From the NCBI GenBank assembly GCA_041740355.1, contig JBGSMD010000002.1, forward strand, positions 18,070 through 82,069: 64,000 bases of DNA, given 5' to 3'. Source of the DNA: Bdellovibrionota bacterium. GTDB taxonomy: Bacteria; Bdellovibrionota_C; UBA2361; CALJRW01. The notes beneath the pieces were generated by a model, which searched no databases, was not told where the DNA came from, and saw only the letters and a program-made list of their open reading frames with translations. This document shows, one piece after another, positions 62,150-64,000 of the stretch (positions within the stretch are counted from its first letter, which is position 1; the number at the start of each line of letters is the position of its first letter). The translations under genes and the position numbers were made by a program.

Positions 62150-63202
62150 ATGACAAGAATACCATTTAAACAAATCCAATCAATTGCCCAGAAGTTTGGA
62201 TTAGAAGCTTTGGCGTTTACATCAATTCAAAATGCCAATTCGCAAAAGGATTATTTAAAGTTTTGGCAAGAACAGGGATATGCAGCAAGCTTAGAGTATA
62301 TGCAACGCCCCTCAGATTTGTTCTGCGAACCTACACAAATATTTCCTGAATTAAAAAGTATTATTGTCTTCACAATTAATTATTCTTCCAAAATTCGCCC
62401 AGAGCTTCAACCAGGTTTTGGCAAAGTAGCTCGTTATGCTTGGGGGAAGGATTATCACAAAGTAATAAAAAAACGACTCAAAGGTTTGGTGGAAGGTCTT
62501 AAGAAGGAGTTGGAGATTAACTTTAATTATCGATATTTTGCTGATGCCGTGCCATTATTGGAACGTTTTTACGCTAAAGATTCCGGACTTGGGTTTATTG
62601 GTAAAAATACCATGCTAATTCGCCCGAAACAGGGCTCCTTTTGCTTCTTATCAGAACTTTTATCGGATATAGAGATTTCGGATACCCCATTACCCCAGGT
62701 TGATTATGGTTGTGGAAGCTGCACAAGATGTATCGCAAATTGTCCAACAAAGGCAATTATTAAGCCTTATCTACTGGATGCCAATCGTTGTATTTCTTAT
62801 TTAACAATCGAGAAAAGAGGGCTTCTAAATCCATGGGAGCAAGATGCACTAGGCGAATGGATCTTTGGTTGTGATATCTGTCAAGAAGTTTGCCCTTTTA
62901 ATTATGCAACCATGAAACTTAATCGTAATAACTGCTGGGAAGATTTTTCGGATATAATTGCCAAAGATGGACAATTATCTTTAGCAGAAATACTTGCAAT
63001 TAAAGACGACCAAGAATTTGTCAAGCGATTTGCTGGTAGTCCGATCATGAGAACAAAAAGACAGGGGTTAATTAGAAATGCCTGTGTCGTTAGTGCGAAC
63101 TTAAACTTAAAAGAGCTGCGACCATTGATTGAAAAACTTGCGCTCAAAGAGCAAGACTTAGTAATTAAAATCCAAGCGGAACAAACTCTAGAAAGATTTT
63201 AA
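62150..63202 (+). CDS. queG: Epoxyqueuosine reductase
   Basis: ARYAWGKDYH, GFIGKN, CGSCTRCIANCPT, RCISYLTIE, GCDICQEVCP. Confidence 0.95.
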   Translation: MTRIPFKQIQSIAQKFGLEALAFTSIQNANSQKDYLKFWQEQGYAASLEYMQRPSDLFCEPTQIFPELKSIIVFTINYSSKIRPELQPGFGKVARYAWGKDYHKVIKKRLKGLVEGLKKELEINFNYRYFADAVPLLERFYAKDSGLGFIGKNTMLIRPKQGSFCFLSELLSDIEISDTPLPQVDYGCGSCTRCIANCPTKAIIKPYLLDANRCISYLTIEKRGLLNPWEQDALGEWIFGCDICQEVCPFNYATMKLNRNNCWEDFSDIIAKDGQLSLAEILAIKDDQEFVKRFAGSPIMRTKRQGLIRNACVVSANLNLKELRPLIEKLALKEQDLVIKIQAEQTLERF

Positions 63203-63405
63203 AATCTTTGCTGATCATTTTTTGAAAATCATATCGTTATGACAAAAAGTAATTTCCAACTAAAACTACTTATCGTACTTACTATCAATCTATAAACGAA
63301 AATTTTGGAGTTTTTTTCTAAGGCTAAAAATTGCAAAACTATTATTATACTCGCCCTAAGTAATTCATTTTGATCAAACCCGAATGATTTTGGGTTAACT
63401 GGCAA

Positions 63406-63846
63406 TTAATTTTCCACGGCATAACGCTTGGCAATTCGGTCTAACATCATATTAAAAAATTCGGGGTCACGATCTTGATACTTTTGTAAATGTGCCAAAG
63501 CTTGATCTAGCTGATTATTATCTTCATACCATATGGCAACTTTTCTTAAACGATCACTAATAAAACTTGCCTCGACTTTCTTTTCTTCCGCTAAAAAATA
63601 ATACTTAAGCGCGTTATCTAGATCGTTTTGAAGCAAATAAACATCGCCAATATCCAAATAATAGACATAAGGATTTTCCCATTCAGGACGAGATTTTCGC
63701 TTTAATCTAGAATCTATATGTTTTTTATAGGCATCAATTGCCTGATCATATTGTTCCTTTGCTAAGTATTGCTTAGCTTTCTGCGCAAAACTTACTGGTG
63801 CCGTGTAGCATCCAACAAAAATGACAAGTACTAGTAATATCTTCAT
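63406..63846 (-). CDS. TPR-containing putative lipoprotein
   Basis: FVG-C lipobox, YDQAIDAY, IGDVY...ALKYY. Confidence 0.65.
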   Translation of the reverse strand: MKILLVLVIFVGCYTAPVSFAQKAKQYLAKEQYDQAIDAYKKHIDSRLKRKSRPEWENPYVYYLDIGDVYLLQNDLDNALKYYFLAEEKKVEASFISDRLRKVAIWYEDNNQLDQALAHLQKYQDRDPEFFNMMLDRIAKRYAVEN

Positions 63847-63858
63847 AAATCTTTTGAA

Positions 63859-64000
63859 TATTATAGTTATGACAAAAAATAAATTACGTATAGTTAAAAT
63901 AAAGTTACTTGTTTTTTGTCATAACTATATAATTTTATTATCCCTCCGGGGGATAGATAGCTCCAAAAAGTAATTTACTTACGTAATTTATTTTTTGGAC
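63859..64000. repeat. Family A element copy 3 (truncated by the window end)
   Basis: Near-identical to copies 1 and 2. Confidence 0.9.

Noticed and set aside
950-63147. Many short ORFs overlapping larger genes (e.g. 950-1237, 2532-3014, 11705-11968, 13608-13955, 23832-24119, 30679-31032, 35047-37386, 40698-40935, 62902-63147)
   Set aside because: Antisense or off-frame shadows of well-supported genes with no recognisable motifs.

Overview
AT-rich bacterial chromosome segment, mostly housekeeping genes on the + strand. Gene content and order suggest a deltaproteobacterial/Bdellovibrionota-like organism (inference). It carries pssA, pgi, coaD, ndk, rlmN, etfBA, tRNA-Gln-prs-rplY-pth-rpsF-rplI, pyrRBC-carAB-greA-dnaG-rpoD, rpoZ-rel-htrA-mutL-miaA, accA-infA-tRNA-Glu and queG, plus scattered Tad/Flp pilus genes, two hybrid histidine kinases and secreted proteases. 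I saw no transposase, integrase or CRISPR array. The most unusual signals are non-coding. Family A is a ~150-bp dispersed element (3 copies plus a fragment) with nested inverted repeats and a variable internal segment. Family B is a ~200-bp element (2 long copies, one internally deleted, plus 1 partial) that folds into a four-way junction with a pseudoknot/switch pairing; one copy supplies the C-termini of two convergent genes. Family C is a ~28-bp REP-like motif. Protein-level oddities are a Flp pilin followed by two GT-C-type glycosyltransferases, an MlaF-like ABC ATPase lacking both catalytic residues, a HelY/Ski2 helicase split into two genes, and rpsR missing between rpsF and rplI. All calls were made by eye; no searches were run.
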